This document shows positions 51,573 to 64,000 of a stretch of DNA of 64,000 bases, in pieces. This DNA comes from Eledone cirrhosa (Eukaryota), in assembly GCA_964016885.1 (NCBI GenBank), contig OZ024742.1:160704001-160768000 (forward strand), given 5' to 3'. The notes under the pieces were generated by a model, which was not told the origin of the DNA, searched no databases, and saw only the letters and a program-made list of their open reading frames with translations. Position numbers and translations under genes: made by a program. Within the stretch, counting starts at the first letter, position 1, and each line of letters starts with the position of its first letter.

Positions 51573-52128
51573 ACCCAGCTATCTATCTATCCATCTATCC
51601 ATCTGTCCATCTATACTATCATAAATATGAAGTCAGAAAATACCCTAAAGGAAGTAAAACTATTCGAATGGAACCCGTCTTCATACATTCTTACTTACAA
51701 AAGAATGTACACTAAACTAGATATGAATGAAATAAATAAGTTGAAATGAAAGCTTCACTTTGTGTAAAAGATACGTTTTGGGACTATTTTATTTTATTTT
51801 TAGTTTATTATTTATATGTATATTTTATTTCGTTTCAAATGAGCAATGTTGATTGGAGTAGGACAGTTCAAATAACAGGCTTTTAATCCAACAGTCGTCA
51901 TGTGCTGGAACTCTGTCTCCAGTAAGTTGTTGTCTATAGAGCTATACAAGCTAATGTTACTGTGAAACAAGAAGGCCAGCTGAAACATAAGTTACGTTAA
52001 CACCCCTGTTTTCTTTTTACTTGCTGACAGCTACTAATCCGAAACATCGGGATGATGGGATGAAGAAGAAATAATGAATGAATGTGGGAAGTAGAATAAA
52101 GGGACACTAAGAAAGTAACATCTGAGAC

Positions 52129-52231
52129 AAGAAGAAGAAGAAGAAGAAGAAGAAGAAGAAGAAGAAGAAGAAGAAGAAGAAGAAGAAGAAGAAGAAGAAG
52201 AAGAAGAAGAAGAAAAAAAGAAGAAGAAGAA
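52129..52231. repeat. (GAA)n microsatellite
   Basis: Direct inspection. Confidence 0.9.
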
Positions 52232-53134
52232 CGTTTTATAAGTTCGATTCTCACATTTTTTCACCCAACTTATTCAATTATTAATTAGCCTAACTTACGA
52301 TGTAGTAGCTTACAATAAGCTATATACTTCCAATATATATATACACACACACACACATACACACTCACAAATATGTATGTGTTTGTGTGTATGTGTACAT
52401 ACATAGATAGATACATCACACACAAACACAAGACGCCCCTGTATATATATATATGTGTGTGTGTATGCATATATATATGTGTGTGTATGTGTGTGTGTGT
52501 GTGCGTGTGTGTGTGTATTAACATTCTTGTTAGTATTTGAAAGTCCTATGATAAGATGGATTGGATTTTTTAATGATCAACTTGGCAATAGGAGTTTGAA
52601 AGAAGAACCCTGTCCTACACCACACTACCAGATCCAACAGCACTTGTTCTAATACCTTTTATTTATGTTGGGATTATTTCCTAAGCTTAGTTAATCAGCT
52701 AACATTATTTTTACAAGAGAAACTGTTATTGTTGAAAGTAAGCTCCCACGCGTTACTTAAGGAATCAGGTTTGTAGTTTGAAGTCCTTTTATTCTATATG
52801 AAGTCAATTATTTTTTTCCAGGATTATTGTTGTAAAGGAACTAAACAAATTATTTCCTTTGCTGGTGTTTTTGTTTTGTTTTTTTTTTGTTTTTACATTT
52901 GTTTTTTGTTTTCTTTTTTTTAACACAAAATAACCGATTCCTTTCAACAAAGAAATTGGTTTTCTTTTAATACAGAGGAGAGAGAAAGACGTAAGCTTTG
53001 CTGAGCTGTAAAGGGATGAGAATAATGGTTTTCAAACACATGAGCAAGGTTAGAAATTTAGAGGAGGGAGGGAAGGAGGAAAGGAGGAAAGGATGGAATG
53101 AGGAATGGAGAAAGGGATGTGAAAGTAGGGTGAG

Positions 53135-53946
53135 GGATTAGGTTAGTCAATTAAATCCACTCCAGTAATTCACTGATATTTTATTTTATCGACCCCGGAA
53201 TAAATACCACACGGCATTTTGTCTGACACTGTAACGATTCTATCAATTCACCACAAAAGTAACAATAACGGCTTCAGATTTAGAAAACAAGGCCAACAAT
53301 TTTTTGTGAAGGGTAAAGTCGATAAAATCGACCCCAGAGCATTACTGGTGCTTTATTTTATCGACCCTGTGAGGATGAAAGGGAAATCCAGCCTCGGCAA
53401 GATTTGAACTTAGAACGTAAAGGGCCGTAACTCTAAACCACGAGGCAGGGTGTCTGACGCTCTCGCGATACTACCAAATAATAATGATAGTAAAGGTTTC
53501 TGATTTAGGCACAAGGCCAACAATTTTGGTGGAGGGGAAAGTCGATTAAATCGAGCCCAGTGCATTACTGGTACTTTATTTCATCGACCCCGTAAAGATG
53601 AAAGGCAAAGTTAACCTCGGTGGGATTTGAACTCAGAACGTAAAGGACCGTAACTAAATACTGCAAAACATTTTGTCCGAATCTCTACCGATGCTGCCAA
53701 TTAATAATAATGATAATAATGATTTGTAGTTTAGGCACAAGGCCAGTAATTTGGGGGCAGGGGATAGTTACTGGTGCTTTATTTTATCGCCCTCGTAAGG
53801 ATGAAAGGCAAAGTTAACCTCGGCGGGATTTGAACTCAGACCGTAAAGAACCTTAACTCTATGCTGCAAATCATGGTGTCTGACTCTACCGATATTGCCA
53901 ATCTACCGCCCTAATAATAATTGTTTCTACTTTTGGCACAAGGCCA
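53135..53946 (-). mobile_element. Head-to-tail cluster of about 4-5 SINE copies or fragments
   Basis: Repeated cgaccccgtaa.gatgaaaggcaaagttaacctcgg.gggatttgaactcag with (AAT) linkers. Confidence 0.75.
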
Positions 53947-53984
53947 GATAATAATGCCCTAATAATAATGATAATAATGATAAC

Positions 53985-56185
53985 AGCATTTCCCATGATT
54001 TGGAAAACGTTTGATGTTCTGAAAATTTCCCCAATAATATCAAACTTCCTGAAATACATGTCCCTATAGAATATAAATCTGTCACACTGATGAAACTATA
54101 AATTCCAGTAGCATAAGCATTAACTGTGGTATTTTTCAAGGTGATTCTCTTATATTTTGCATTGCCCCTTTAACTCAACGAAATAAAATATGGCTACAAA
54201 ATAGACGGCGAAATCATAAAACATCTATATGGATCGCTTGAAACTGTATGCCAAATACGCCAGCGAGTTGGTAGGACTGTTGAACACAGTTGAGATGTTC
54301 AACGATGAGATAAGGATGGTGTTTGGACTGGAAAAATGCGCGAAAGCAACATACAAGAAAAGCAGACAGCCACTAATTCAATGGAAATAGGCGTGAATAC
54401 AATAATTAAAGAACTGGAACAAGAACAAACTTCAAGTATTGAGGAATCAATGAAGGTCAGCATGAAAGAGAAAATCGGGAAGGGATGCGACCGAAGATTA
54501 TGTGCTATCTTGAAAACTGAGCTCAACTCAAAGAAGAAAATATCTGCTGTAAACGCTCTTGCCATCCTAGTTATTACCGATAGTTTCAACATTATAAATT
54601 GGAACATTAAAAAAATAAAGAAAATAAACACGAAAGTCAGGAAACTTCTGACTTGCAATAAACTACATCACCCAACAGAATATATATATCACTTCTTTCT
54701 CCCTAGTGGAGGTAGAGGAATGATTCAGCTTGAGTTGCCATGCAAAATATCAACCATTGGAATCAAACAGTACCTTAAAAGTACAGATGAGTGGATGCTA
54801 AAAATGGCTGCAGAACATGAAACGAAGATGAGTTTACATTCAATCATGAATGAAAGTAGGAAGTTTGTGGAATCAATAGAAAGAAGATTTGAGCGATACC
54901 GAATTATATACATTTGGAAAATGATAGAGCAAAAGGTGCCAAACTTTGGTATCAAAACCTACCACTCACTGCGCCACAGAAGACGCTGCCAGCTACCACC
55001 AATCAACAAAAGGGCTGGCCAGGCAGCAAAAACCCTGCGAGAGTCAAGTCTGTTGGTTCGAGGGGCACAACTATTCAACTCCATTCCGGTACATGTCAGA
55101 AATCTATCAGGATGCAGTGTGGAATCATTCAAATTGCAGCTGGATAGATACTTCAGCACCATTAGAGATGAACCCCATCTCCCAGGATATACACAACGAG
55201 CACAAACTAACTCAAACTCGCTCCTACACATGTCAAAATTAAACAGAGAATCCAACCTGGCAACCACACCAGACTCTGAGGGTGGAGTCTTCGACTTGGC
55301 CTGAGCATGGACTCAAACTCAAATGAAATGAAATGAAATGAATACATAAAAAAAATTTTTTGAAAATGATGGTGATTCTGCTATTAAAGCTTCAGAGAAC
55401 TAAATGTTGCCAAAAAATGAAAATCAACTGAATCTGTATGCTAATTAGTATGAAAAAGTCACTGCATGGCCAGTGTGTCCGCCATAGCAAAGAACCTGAT
55501 GTAGATCAAACTCTCACCCATTGGGCTAAAATCAAATGGTGAATGCTTTATTTTGACTGCACAATACCAGTGGCTTTCAACGCACAACTTTCAAGCCAAT
55601 GTGATCAGAAATAGAACTGACTCAGAGTGTCGATATTGTGATGAGCAGGCTGAGATATCTGACCACCTGGTTTCACGCTGCAAACTATTAGCTCACAATC
55701 AGTTTAAAACTAGACATGATTGAGTAGGGCAATATTTACACAGGGTAATATGCAGGTTTTACGGTATTAAAACAGAAGAAATTGGTACAAGCATCACTCA
55801 GATACAATAACAGGAGACGAAAATGGGACAACCCTATGAGATTTTCCTGTGAACACCGACAGAACGATCAAGGCCAGCTGACTCGATACAATTGTAAAAG
55901 GCCGTAAAAACAAAACATGATTCTTAATTGACATGAGCATACCATCAGATAGTAACATCTCCTAGAAAGGGTTCCCAAAGCTTAGTAAATATAAAGATCT
56001 GTTAATTAAGATTGAGAAAATGTAGCATCTTAAGGTCTGTAAAATGCCAGTGATAGTCAGTGCACTTGAAATGATAAAAAAAGGAAAGAGAAAAGTATTT
56101 GAACCAGATACCTGAAAAGCTATCTCTGCAAAATATACAGAAAATAGTGCTGATTGGCACTGTCCATGTCCTAAGACAATTTAAA
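53985..56185 (+). mobile_element. Old, degenerate R4/Dong-like element interrupted by a CR1-like fragment
   Basis: Remnants of GIFQGDS, YMD.LKL and LKTELNSKKKISAVN, later CRYC..DHLVSRC, RHD and LIDMSIP. Confidence 0.7.
54872..55343 (+). mobile_element. CR1-group LINE 3' fragment with (GAAAT)n tail
   Basis: SIERRFERYRIIYIWK..RGAQLFNSIP..ESFKLQLDRYF..DEP, followed by (gaaat)x4. Confidence 0.7.
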
Positions 56186-56344
56186 TACCCTGCAAAGACA
56201 TTTATTGTTTTCTTTTTGTCTATATTAAATCATGTGTATGACTGGTAAATCTGTGTAATATCAAATGTTGCCTTGGGTATCAGATTGACACTCAGCAAAA
56301 TATGGAGGGAAAACGCAGAAATCATAGGTTGATTCACTTAATAC

Positions 56345-57100
56345 TTTACTACTTTTGCCACAAGGCCAACAATTTGAAGAGAAGAGGTAAGTGTGTTACT
56401 GGTACTTTATTTTATCGGCCCCGTAAGAATGAAAGGCAAAGCTAACCTCGGTAGGATTTGAACTTAGAACGTAAAGAGCAGAAACAAATACAACACGATA
56501 TTTTTCGACCTTCTAACGCTCTAACACCAATCCATCGTACTGTGGGTACAATAATAATAATGTCTAGCATAAACACAGGACCTGCAATTTCGAATGAAGG
56601 CGAAAGTCGAGTAAACAACCCCCAGTATTTGACTGGTACTTTTCTTTTCGATTCCCAGAAGAATGAAAAGCAAAACTAATCTCACAGGAATTTGAACACA
56701 GAACACTGCACCATATGTATAATAATAGTCATGATTTCTTTATTAGCCATGATCTCCGAGCTACGCATTCTATTGAGTAACATTATTCCAAAGACCATTC
56801 GGAGGAATCCTACTACGCCTACTTGTATTCGCCATCGTATTCTTTCAAATCAACTGAAGAAAATTTTCTGCGGGCCACTCGTGGGAAAAATCTACAAATC
56901 GCTTGGATACATGGAACACTGAGGCAAGTACTTTCTCCCAGTTGTCTTCTTCCAATCGATAGGTGGGTACTCAGAGCAGGCCTCTTCACTCAGATTATGC
57001 TGACCACTCTTATTTACCATTCAATAAATTTTCTAGAAGGCAGTATTGCCTTCACCACCCTCAATTTCATTTCCAAGCAAAACTTGAAAAGTCTATGAGC
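56345..57100 (-). mobile_element. Degenerate SINE copies (56345-56705) and a degenerate Tx1-like 3' fragment (56733-57095)
   Basis: SINE body remnants; gatttctttattagcca 3' end and an ORF2 C-terminus remnant. Confidence 0.55.
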
Positions 57101-57423
57101 ACATGGACAACTTTGCCTTTAATTCTTCTGAGGTCGATCAGAAACTGGTATCGATGTAATGGACTTTACACTTCCCTAAATTTGCTGGCCGTGTACTAAT
57201 GTTAGAAAGCTGATCTTTGGGATATAATTTATCAAAGATTTTCACATAAAAATGGAAGTTTTTTTTACGAGTCTATACATAGAGACCATGAGTGTTTTTG
57301 TCCTATTTTTGTTTTGTATTTGTTGTTGTTTTTTATTTGTTTTTTGCAAGTGTTTAAATGTTTAATTGATAAAGTAACGAAATTCAAGAAAATAAAAAAA
57401 AAAAACATTTTAATAGCACTGAC

Positions 57424-57852
57424 CTAAACCGCTCGATTCAAAATTGAAACTGGAACCCATTTCACCACCTAAACGTGGTACTGGATAATATGCTGAACTA
57501 AATGGATCACTCGATTTACCGACGTCATACTGTCCATGTCTCGACTCAATGCGACTGCTCATTTGAGCTGGGGATTGCATCATGAATGGTGCATAATGGG
57601 GACTATATCGGCTGGCGGCAGTTTCCATTGGTGAGTAAGAAAAGGTGTGAGCTGGTTGCGGAGCGTAGCTGTGAGTTTGTGATGCAAGTGAGTAAGGCCA
57701 TGTTTTATGGAAACCCGACATTGCATAAAGAGATGAATTCAAATAAGCATCTGATGGGAAATGGAAACTGTGTGGAAGGCTGTTCGTCGTATTTTGGTAT
57801 GCACTATCCCAAAACGAGGCTGGAAACTTCCGATGACACATAAGAGGTACAT
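57424..57852 (-). CDS. vg: Internal exon (429 bp, phase 1-1) of a vestigial-like transcription cofactor gene
   Basis: Acceptor ttttgtttttatttctag and donor AG|GTCAGT. The peptide DVPLMCHRKFPASFWDSAYQ resembles the VGLL motif RNFPPSFWNSAYQ and is followed by a Ser/Tyr/Pro-rich region. The TONDU exon is not seen in the window. Confidence 0.8.
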
Positions 57853-58177
57853 CTAGAAATAAAAACAAAATAAATAATTTACATTTTAATCGCATGTGTT
57901 TAGCTCAAACAGAAATTTTAGAGTTGTATCTGTGTTGAAACTAAAGCAATTACATAAAGGAAGAGTCAGTTTAGCCATTCAAAAAATACACAAAAATCTA
58001 TTAACTTCACTTTATATTTAGGATTTATGTCTTAGTGCCAAAATTTGCGTCGCACCTTTTAGAGTGGCACAATGTTAGTGGCCAAGTCACATGTAATTCC
58101 TCATAAATATAGAACTAACAATTTGTGTGTGTGCGTGTGAAAGAGAGCGAGAGAAAGACTTTTCTATGTAGTTCAAA

Positions 58178-58362
58178 TAATTGTTTCTACTTTTGGCACA
58201 AGGCCAGAAATTATCCCTGTCCATTACTGGTACTTTATTTTATCCACCCCGTAAGTATGAAAGGCAACGTTAACCTCGGCGGGATTTGAACTCGGAATGG
58301 AAAGGGCCGTAACTCTATGCGTCAAAGCAGGCCGTCCGACCCTCTACCGTACTGCCAATCCA
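58178..58362 (-). mobile_element. tRNA-derived SINE
   Basis: Family match. Confidence 0.8.
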
Positions 58363-58999
58363 AATAATTCGTCAATCTATTATATTTAGATCTCTGTTCT
58401 ATATTAAATTCTTAATTTAGTCGATCACTTGTCTAACTGAGGCTTCATAAAATTACTTGGTCCAATTACCGATTCCTCTTTCATTGCTGCTAAATCTGTA
58501 TATTATTAATTCAGGAGTTGTTTTGGAGAATAGATACAATACAAACCATTAATACTTCGATGGATATATCAACAAAAAAATAATATAACTGTCTATGTGC
58601 TCTCTCGACATTGCTAGTAATAGTAGCCAGATCTTCTTCAAACCACAAGCTAATGCTTTAAAAAATGAAAGAGACTATATAAAAGTAATATTTAGTATAC
58701 TGCCTATAAATAAGACTGGATGGTAATGACTGGGATGTCTGTAACACTCGACGTCCTGTACTACAAGAAACCATACGAGAAAGACAATTTTGAACAATAC
58801 ACACAACATTAGGATATCAAACACATTAAAAAATTAATGTTTTTACTCTAATACTGCACATTTTCAAAGATACTCACTATAAACATTCGAATTAACAAAC
58901 TTATTTTTTTTTTATATTTTCATCTAAATAACAGAGTTAATCCTATATCTGCCCAATTAGAGTTCAACTTAATCTAAACAGCAACAATAATTTTATTAT

Positions 59000-59200
59000 A
59001 CCATCGAATCCGATGGTAGGAGTATTGTTGTGGAGGTTTCTGAAGAAGTATGGGATTGATGGACAGCTTCTTGCTGTCCCTTGTATTTGTGTTCGGATAA
59101 ATGGTGCTCTGCTGAAACCATTCAATGTGTGTTTGACACCACCAAGGGTGCGTACTGTCACCTCTCCTGTTCATAATCTTAATGAACGGAATTAACATGC
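59000..59200 (+). mobile_element. Degenerate LINE RT fragment (RTE-like)
   Basis: LWRFLKKYGIDGQLL..CVRING..PFNV..QGCVLSPLLF across a frameshift. Confidence 0.55.
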
Positions 59201-59227
59201 GCAGCCGAGTTGGAAGTGGTATCATTG

Positions 59228-59682
59228 ACATATATTTGATAGCTTTGTTGCCGAATGCTGCATTTTGTCCGACGCTCTACCGATACTGCCAATCCACCGC
59301 TCTCGGTTATTGATAAATAATTGTTTCTATTTTTGGCACAAGGCCAGCAATTATAACAGTGCATTACTGGTACTTTATTTTATCGACCCAGTAAGGATGA
59401 AAGGCAAAGTTAACCTCGGCGGGATTTGAACTTAGACCGTAAAGGGGTGTAACTCTATGCTGCAAGGCATGGCGTCCGACCCTCTACCGATACTGTCAAT
59501 AAATATAAGAGATTGCTGTGTTTACCTTCTCGAATCCAGTATTTTGTGATACAAACTACTGGCAGTAAAAAGGTAGTGTTAATATAGCACAGTTCTTCTA
59601 TAGTAGACCAACAGTTGGTACACTATCTAGATTAGTGCATAGCTGAAAATATCACCTTTTAGAAATATATATATATGAGCAT

Positions 59683-59776
<94 letters not shown>

Positions 59777-62200
59777 CGTGCGTGGGTGCGTGTAAGACCA
59801 TAAATTGCCTTAACATGAACATAACATATCTACATGATACCAAAACTATCCACGAACAAAACCAAACACAATCCATATAGTTACATTTAACCTCGCTCAA
59901 CAGACCCGTACTTGACAAAGTCAAAATTAAACATGTTATTCAAAACCATATCCTAATCCTTCCGGTAAAACGACCACTAGCCTGTGCTATTTACTGATGA
60001 AGGGGTAACGGTCATCATCAGGCTACAGCTGTCGTATTACGTAGTTTGTAGGGACACACATATACCCATTAGAAGGTGGTGAGAGAATCGTTAAAGGTTC
60101 GGATAATATACAGTGTGATATTTGGTTACGTCTGTTTACGTTCTAGATTCAAACTCCACCTAGTGCTACCTTTATTTCCATCCATTAAGTATTATTTAAG
60201 TACTATTTGATTGCCTGACTGGTACTTTATTTCATCGAGCCCCGGACGGATGAAAGGCAAAGCTAACCTCGGTGGGATTTTAATCAGAATGTAAAGGGCC
60301 ATAACTCTATGCCGAAAAGCATGTTGTCCTATACTGCAATCCAACCCTCGTTTATTGTTAAATAATTGTTTCTACTTTAGGCACAAGGCCAGTAATTGGT
60401 GGTGAGGGGAAAGTCGATTAAATCGACCCCAGTGCATTACTGGTACTTTATTTTATCGACCCCGTAAGGATGAAAGGCAAAGTTAACCTCGGCGGGATTT
60501 GAACTCAGAACATAAAGGGACGTAACTCTATGCCACGAAGCATAGTGTCCGACGCTCTACCGATACTACTAATCCACTGCTCTCGTTTATTGTTAAATAA
60601 TAAATATAAGAAATTTCTGTTTACCTTCTCGAATCCAGTATTTTGTGATACAAACTACTGGCAGTAAAAAGGTAGTGTTAATATAGCACAGTTCTTCTAT
60701 AGTAGACCAACAGTTGGTACACTATCTAGATTAGTGCATAGCTGAAAATATCACCTTTTAGAAATATATAAATGAGCATTATATGTGTATATGTAAGGGC
60801 GGTGGATTGGCAGTATCGGTAGAGGGTCGGACGCCATGCTTTCCAGCATAGTTACGGCCCTTTACGATCTGAGTTCAAATCCCGCCGAGGTTGACTTTGC
60901 CTTTCATCCTTACGGGGTCGATAAAATAAAGTACCAGTAATGAACTGGGTAATTGCTGGCCTTGTGCCTAAAGTAGAAACAATTATATGTGTGTATGTAT
61001 TTGCTTCTGTGCGCGTGTGTCTGTGTGTGTGTGCGTGCGCGCGCGCGTGTGTGTGTGTGTTACTGGTATAGAGGTAACGGGCGTCATCAGGCTACAGCTG
61101 TCGTATTACGTAGTTTGTTGGCACATATATACCCATTAGAAGGTGGATAAGAGAATCGTTAAAGGCTCGGATCAGACGTCTTTGGACCCTGTACTGCCGA
61201 GCTGCTCTGCAAGATCGGAGCGTCAGCAGCCCGCCTGAAGAAGGAGCCCCACGAGGTCGGGTGTCACTGGCCATCGTCCGGGGGAATGCTTTTGCCATCT
61301 TGTCAGCGAGGCGCAGCAGTTCTGCCTCATGCCGTAGGCCCAAAGCCAATCACCCTTCCCCTCTCTTGTGCGACACCAAACCTCTGGTCATCCCCTTCCC
61401 TTCCTGATATTTTTCTTCTTTCTTTCTCTCCTTCTCTTTTTTTTCTATATCTTTTTTGTCTATATTCCCTATTCTTTCTTTCCTTTGTTTCCCCTTCTTT
61501 TTTGTTATTTCTATATTGAAAATAAACATGTTTGATTCATTCCCTAAGGAAGTGTTTGACCCCCCCCCCCCCAAAAAAAAAAATATATATACAGTGTGAT
61601 ATATGGGTACGTCTCTTTACGTTCTAGATTCAAGCTGCACCAAGTGCCACCTTCATTTCCACCCATTAAGTACAATTTGAGTGCGTGACTGGTACTTTAT
61701 TTTATCGACCCTGGAAGAATGAAAGGCAAAGATAACCTCCGTAGGATTTGAACTCAGGACATAAAGGGACGTAACTATGCCACGAAGCATGTTGGCCGAC
61801 GCTCTACTGATACTTCCAATCCATCGTTCTCGGTTATTGTTAATTAATTGTTTCTACTTTTGGCACAAGGCCAGCAAATACTCAGTACATTACTGGTACT
61901 TTATTTTATCGACCCCGTAAGGATGAAAGACAAAGTTAACCTCGGCGGGATTTGAACTCAGAACGTAAAGGGGTGTAACTCTATACGTCAAAGCATGGTG
62001 TCCGAACCTCTACTGATACTACCAATCCACCGTTAAATAATAAATATAAGAAATTGTTGTTTACCTTCTCGAATCCAGTATTTTGTGATACAAACTACTG
62101 GCAGTAAAAAGGTAGTGTTAATATAGCACAGTTCTTCTATAGTGGACCAACAGTTGGTACACTATATAGATTAGTGCATAGCTGAGAATAGTTACCTTTT
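59228..62200. repeat. Three related blocks of SINE(s) plus a conserved ~165-190-bp spacer, with an additional + strand SINE at 60797-60985
   Basis: The spacer tgtttaccttctcgaatccagtattttgtgatacaaactactgg..agctga recurs at about 59498, 60598 and 62037, each time after minus-strand SINEs. Confidence 0.75.
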
Positions 62201-62446
62201 TTCTTTTCTTTTTTTGGGGGGTAGGGGATATACATATATATTCATTATGATTATAATAAAATACATGAATCATGAGTCAACCACTTGTATTAGATTTCTT
62301 TGGTAAACGGTAATTCGACATCAACTCGCCTCGGCATCTATCTATCTATCTCTATCTATCTATCTATCTATCAATCTATCTATCTCTATCTATCTATCTC
62401 TATCTATCTATCTCTATCTATCTATCTATCAATCTATCTATCTCTT

Positions 62447-64000
62447 GCGCGTGGCCTGGGCTCAACTTGGAAGCAAGCAATGCTTCTAAATGACCTCAGG
62501 TCACAATGTATAGATGTGATGGTTATTTGCGAGGCCCGGATCAGCAACGTGCGACAGCTGGCCCCCACCTTTGATGAGTTTGAGATGCACGCATCTCTCT
62601 GTCAGCCCGGAGGTGGGGGTGGAGTTGTCGTTCTGCTGCAAAAACATCTGGGTCTCGCAACACAGATGGTACATTTGGACCCGGAGGGTCGACTAGTGGT
62701 TCTGGACGTGGTTCTGGACCTTGGCAGTGGTAAAGGCGGAGCGTTTAGGTTGGTAGCCGCCTACGGCCCTTTCGGGTCAATGCGGCCGGACTTCTTCCAT
62801 CGTCTGGAGACTTTTCTAGGGACGTCCCGCTCCTTGCTATTAGTGGGGGACTGGAATGGTATCCTAGATGCACGCTGGGACTACGTAGGGGCCTGCCCCG
62901 ATAGAGAGGGGTGTAATAGCCTCAAAGGGTTAATCGGTCGATTTGACCTGGCCGATAGATATCGACTAGATTTTCCGACTGCGCCAACCTGGACTTGGGC
63001 AAATCGTAGCGGATCATCTAGGTCGTACCTAGATAGGTTCTTAGTTAGAATTAAGGATAAGGACTTTTTAAGTTGTCCAAAAATGCGCATGGTTGGCTAT
63101 TCAGACCACAAATTAGTGACCTGCATGGTCAACCTTGACAGAACTCATAGACTGGGACCCGGTTACTGGAAGCTCAACTTGTCCTTACCGGCAAGTAAGG
63201 CTTACAGGAACCGGATTAGCACTTTAGTTAAGGAGCGGTTGACGGGCGCCATCGTCAACAGCAGGTGGTGGGGATCTCTCAAAAGAGAGATTAGAGTAGT
63301 CTCTATAGAATTTAGTAAGGAGTTAGCCTAAAATAGAAATAGGAAGGAAAGGGAGTTGGTAGATAGTGTAGAAGAGGCAATTAGAAGCGGCGACGTGGCC
63401 AGAGTGCTAGCGTCGAGAACGGCCCTGGGCCAGTTCTTCGACGCGAAACACGAAGGCTGCATCGTCCGAAGCAAAATACGTGCTCTGGGAAACGAGGGGA
63501 CCAAAGCTGTTAGCTGGGCCCGCGTGACAGAAGCCAAAAGAGGGAGCAGATCCACTATCCGGTCTTTGCGAGACCAGGATGGACGGGTGATCCTTGAACC
63601 TAAGCAGATGTGCGAGGCTTTTCAAAAGCACTTTGCCGGATTGTTCGGAAGGGGCGGGGGTCCGGTTGGGGGCGTGGACTTCGGTCCATACCTCGACGGC
63701 CTGCCGCGTCTCTCGGACAGGGAGGCGAAGTCCTGCGAGGAGCCGATTTCAGCCGCTGAGATAGAGGACGTGCTGAGCCAATGCGGCAAACGCAAATCCC
63801 CGGGTCTCGATGGTCTTCCATACGAACTATATCTAGCTATGCCGGACTTGTTCCCCGAACTCCTCGAGGCGGTCTACTGCAACTGGCAACAGAACGGGAG
63901 AATTCCCTGTGACCAAGGGCGTAGTCACGCTAGTGAGGAAGGACGAGAACAAGGGGGACGATATAAATAATTTCAGGCCCATAACTCTGCTAAATACAGA
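62447..64000 (+). mobile_element. Tx1-like ORF2 (third subfamily), 5'-truncated and disrupted; runs off the right edge
   Basis: ARGLG, GDWN, SYLDR, SDH, KSPGLDG and NFRPITLLN. In-frame TAA at 63329-63331 and a frameshift near 63905. Preceded by (CTAT)n. Confidence 0.88.

Noticed and set aside
54336-55304. 322-aa ORF as a host gene
   Set aside because: It is a chance in-frame fusion of a decayed R4/Dong-like RT region with a CR1-like 3' fragment.
59994-60030. CTGATGA motifs on both strands (also near 61084-61090) as hammerheads
   Set aside because: No GAAA, helix III or stem I partner can be assembled; at most a truncated remnant.
62300-62446. N-terminal extension of the 343-aa ORF
   Set aside because: It is a (CTAT)n microsatellite read in frame with a truncated Tx1 ORF2.

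Overview
Repeat-rich eukaryotic (animal) DNA. The SINE and microsatellite content suggests a cephalopod such as Octopus, but this is inference. Only one host gene is evident: two minus-strand exons of a vestigial-like (VGLL/vg) gene (57424-57852 and 33625-33671). Its ~23.7 kb last intron holds a ~16 kb pile-up of non-LTR retrotransposons in a (TAA)n microsatellite, including one apparently intact 6.0 kb Tx1/L1-type element. Other mobile DNA includes R4/Dong-type RLE retrotransposons, two Penelope-like elements (PLEs), many tRNA-derived SINEs, Helitron and Tc1/pogo-type remnants, and CR1 and RTE fragments. The most notable feature is a ~425-bp tandem satellite at ~12.2-17.3 kb. Each complete unit carries a minimal type I hammerhead ribozyme motif on the minus strand (some intact, some mutated) with a palindromic helix III and an upstream octamer. 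This resembles a non-LTR retrozyme or self-cleaving satellite array and sits next to a PLE. Further isolated minimal hammerheads lie in PLE-type inverted repeats at 9.0, 27.2 and 27.8-28.0 kb. All structures were read by eye; nothing was computed or database-searched.
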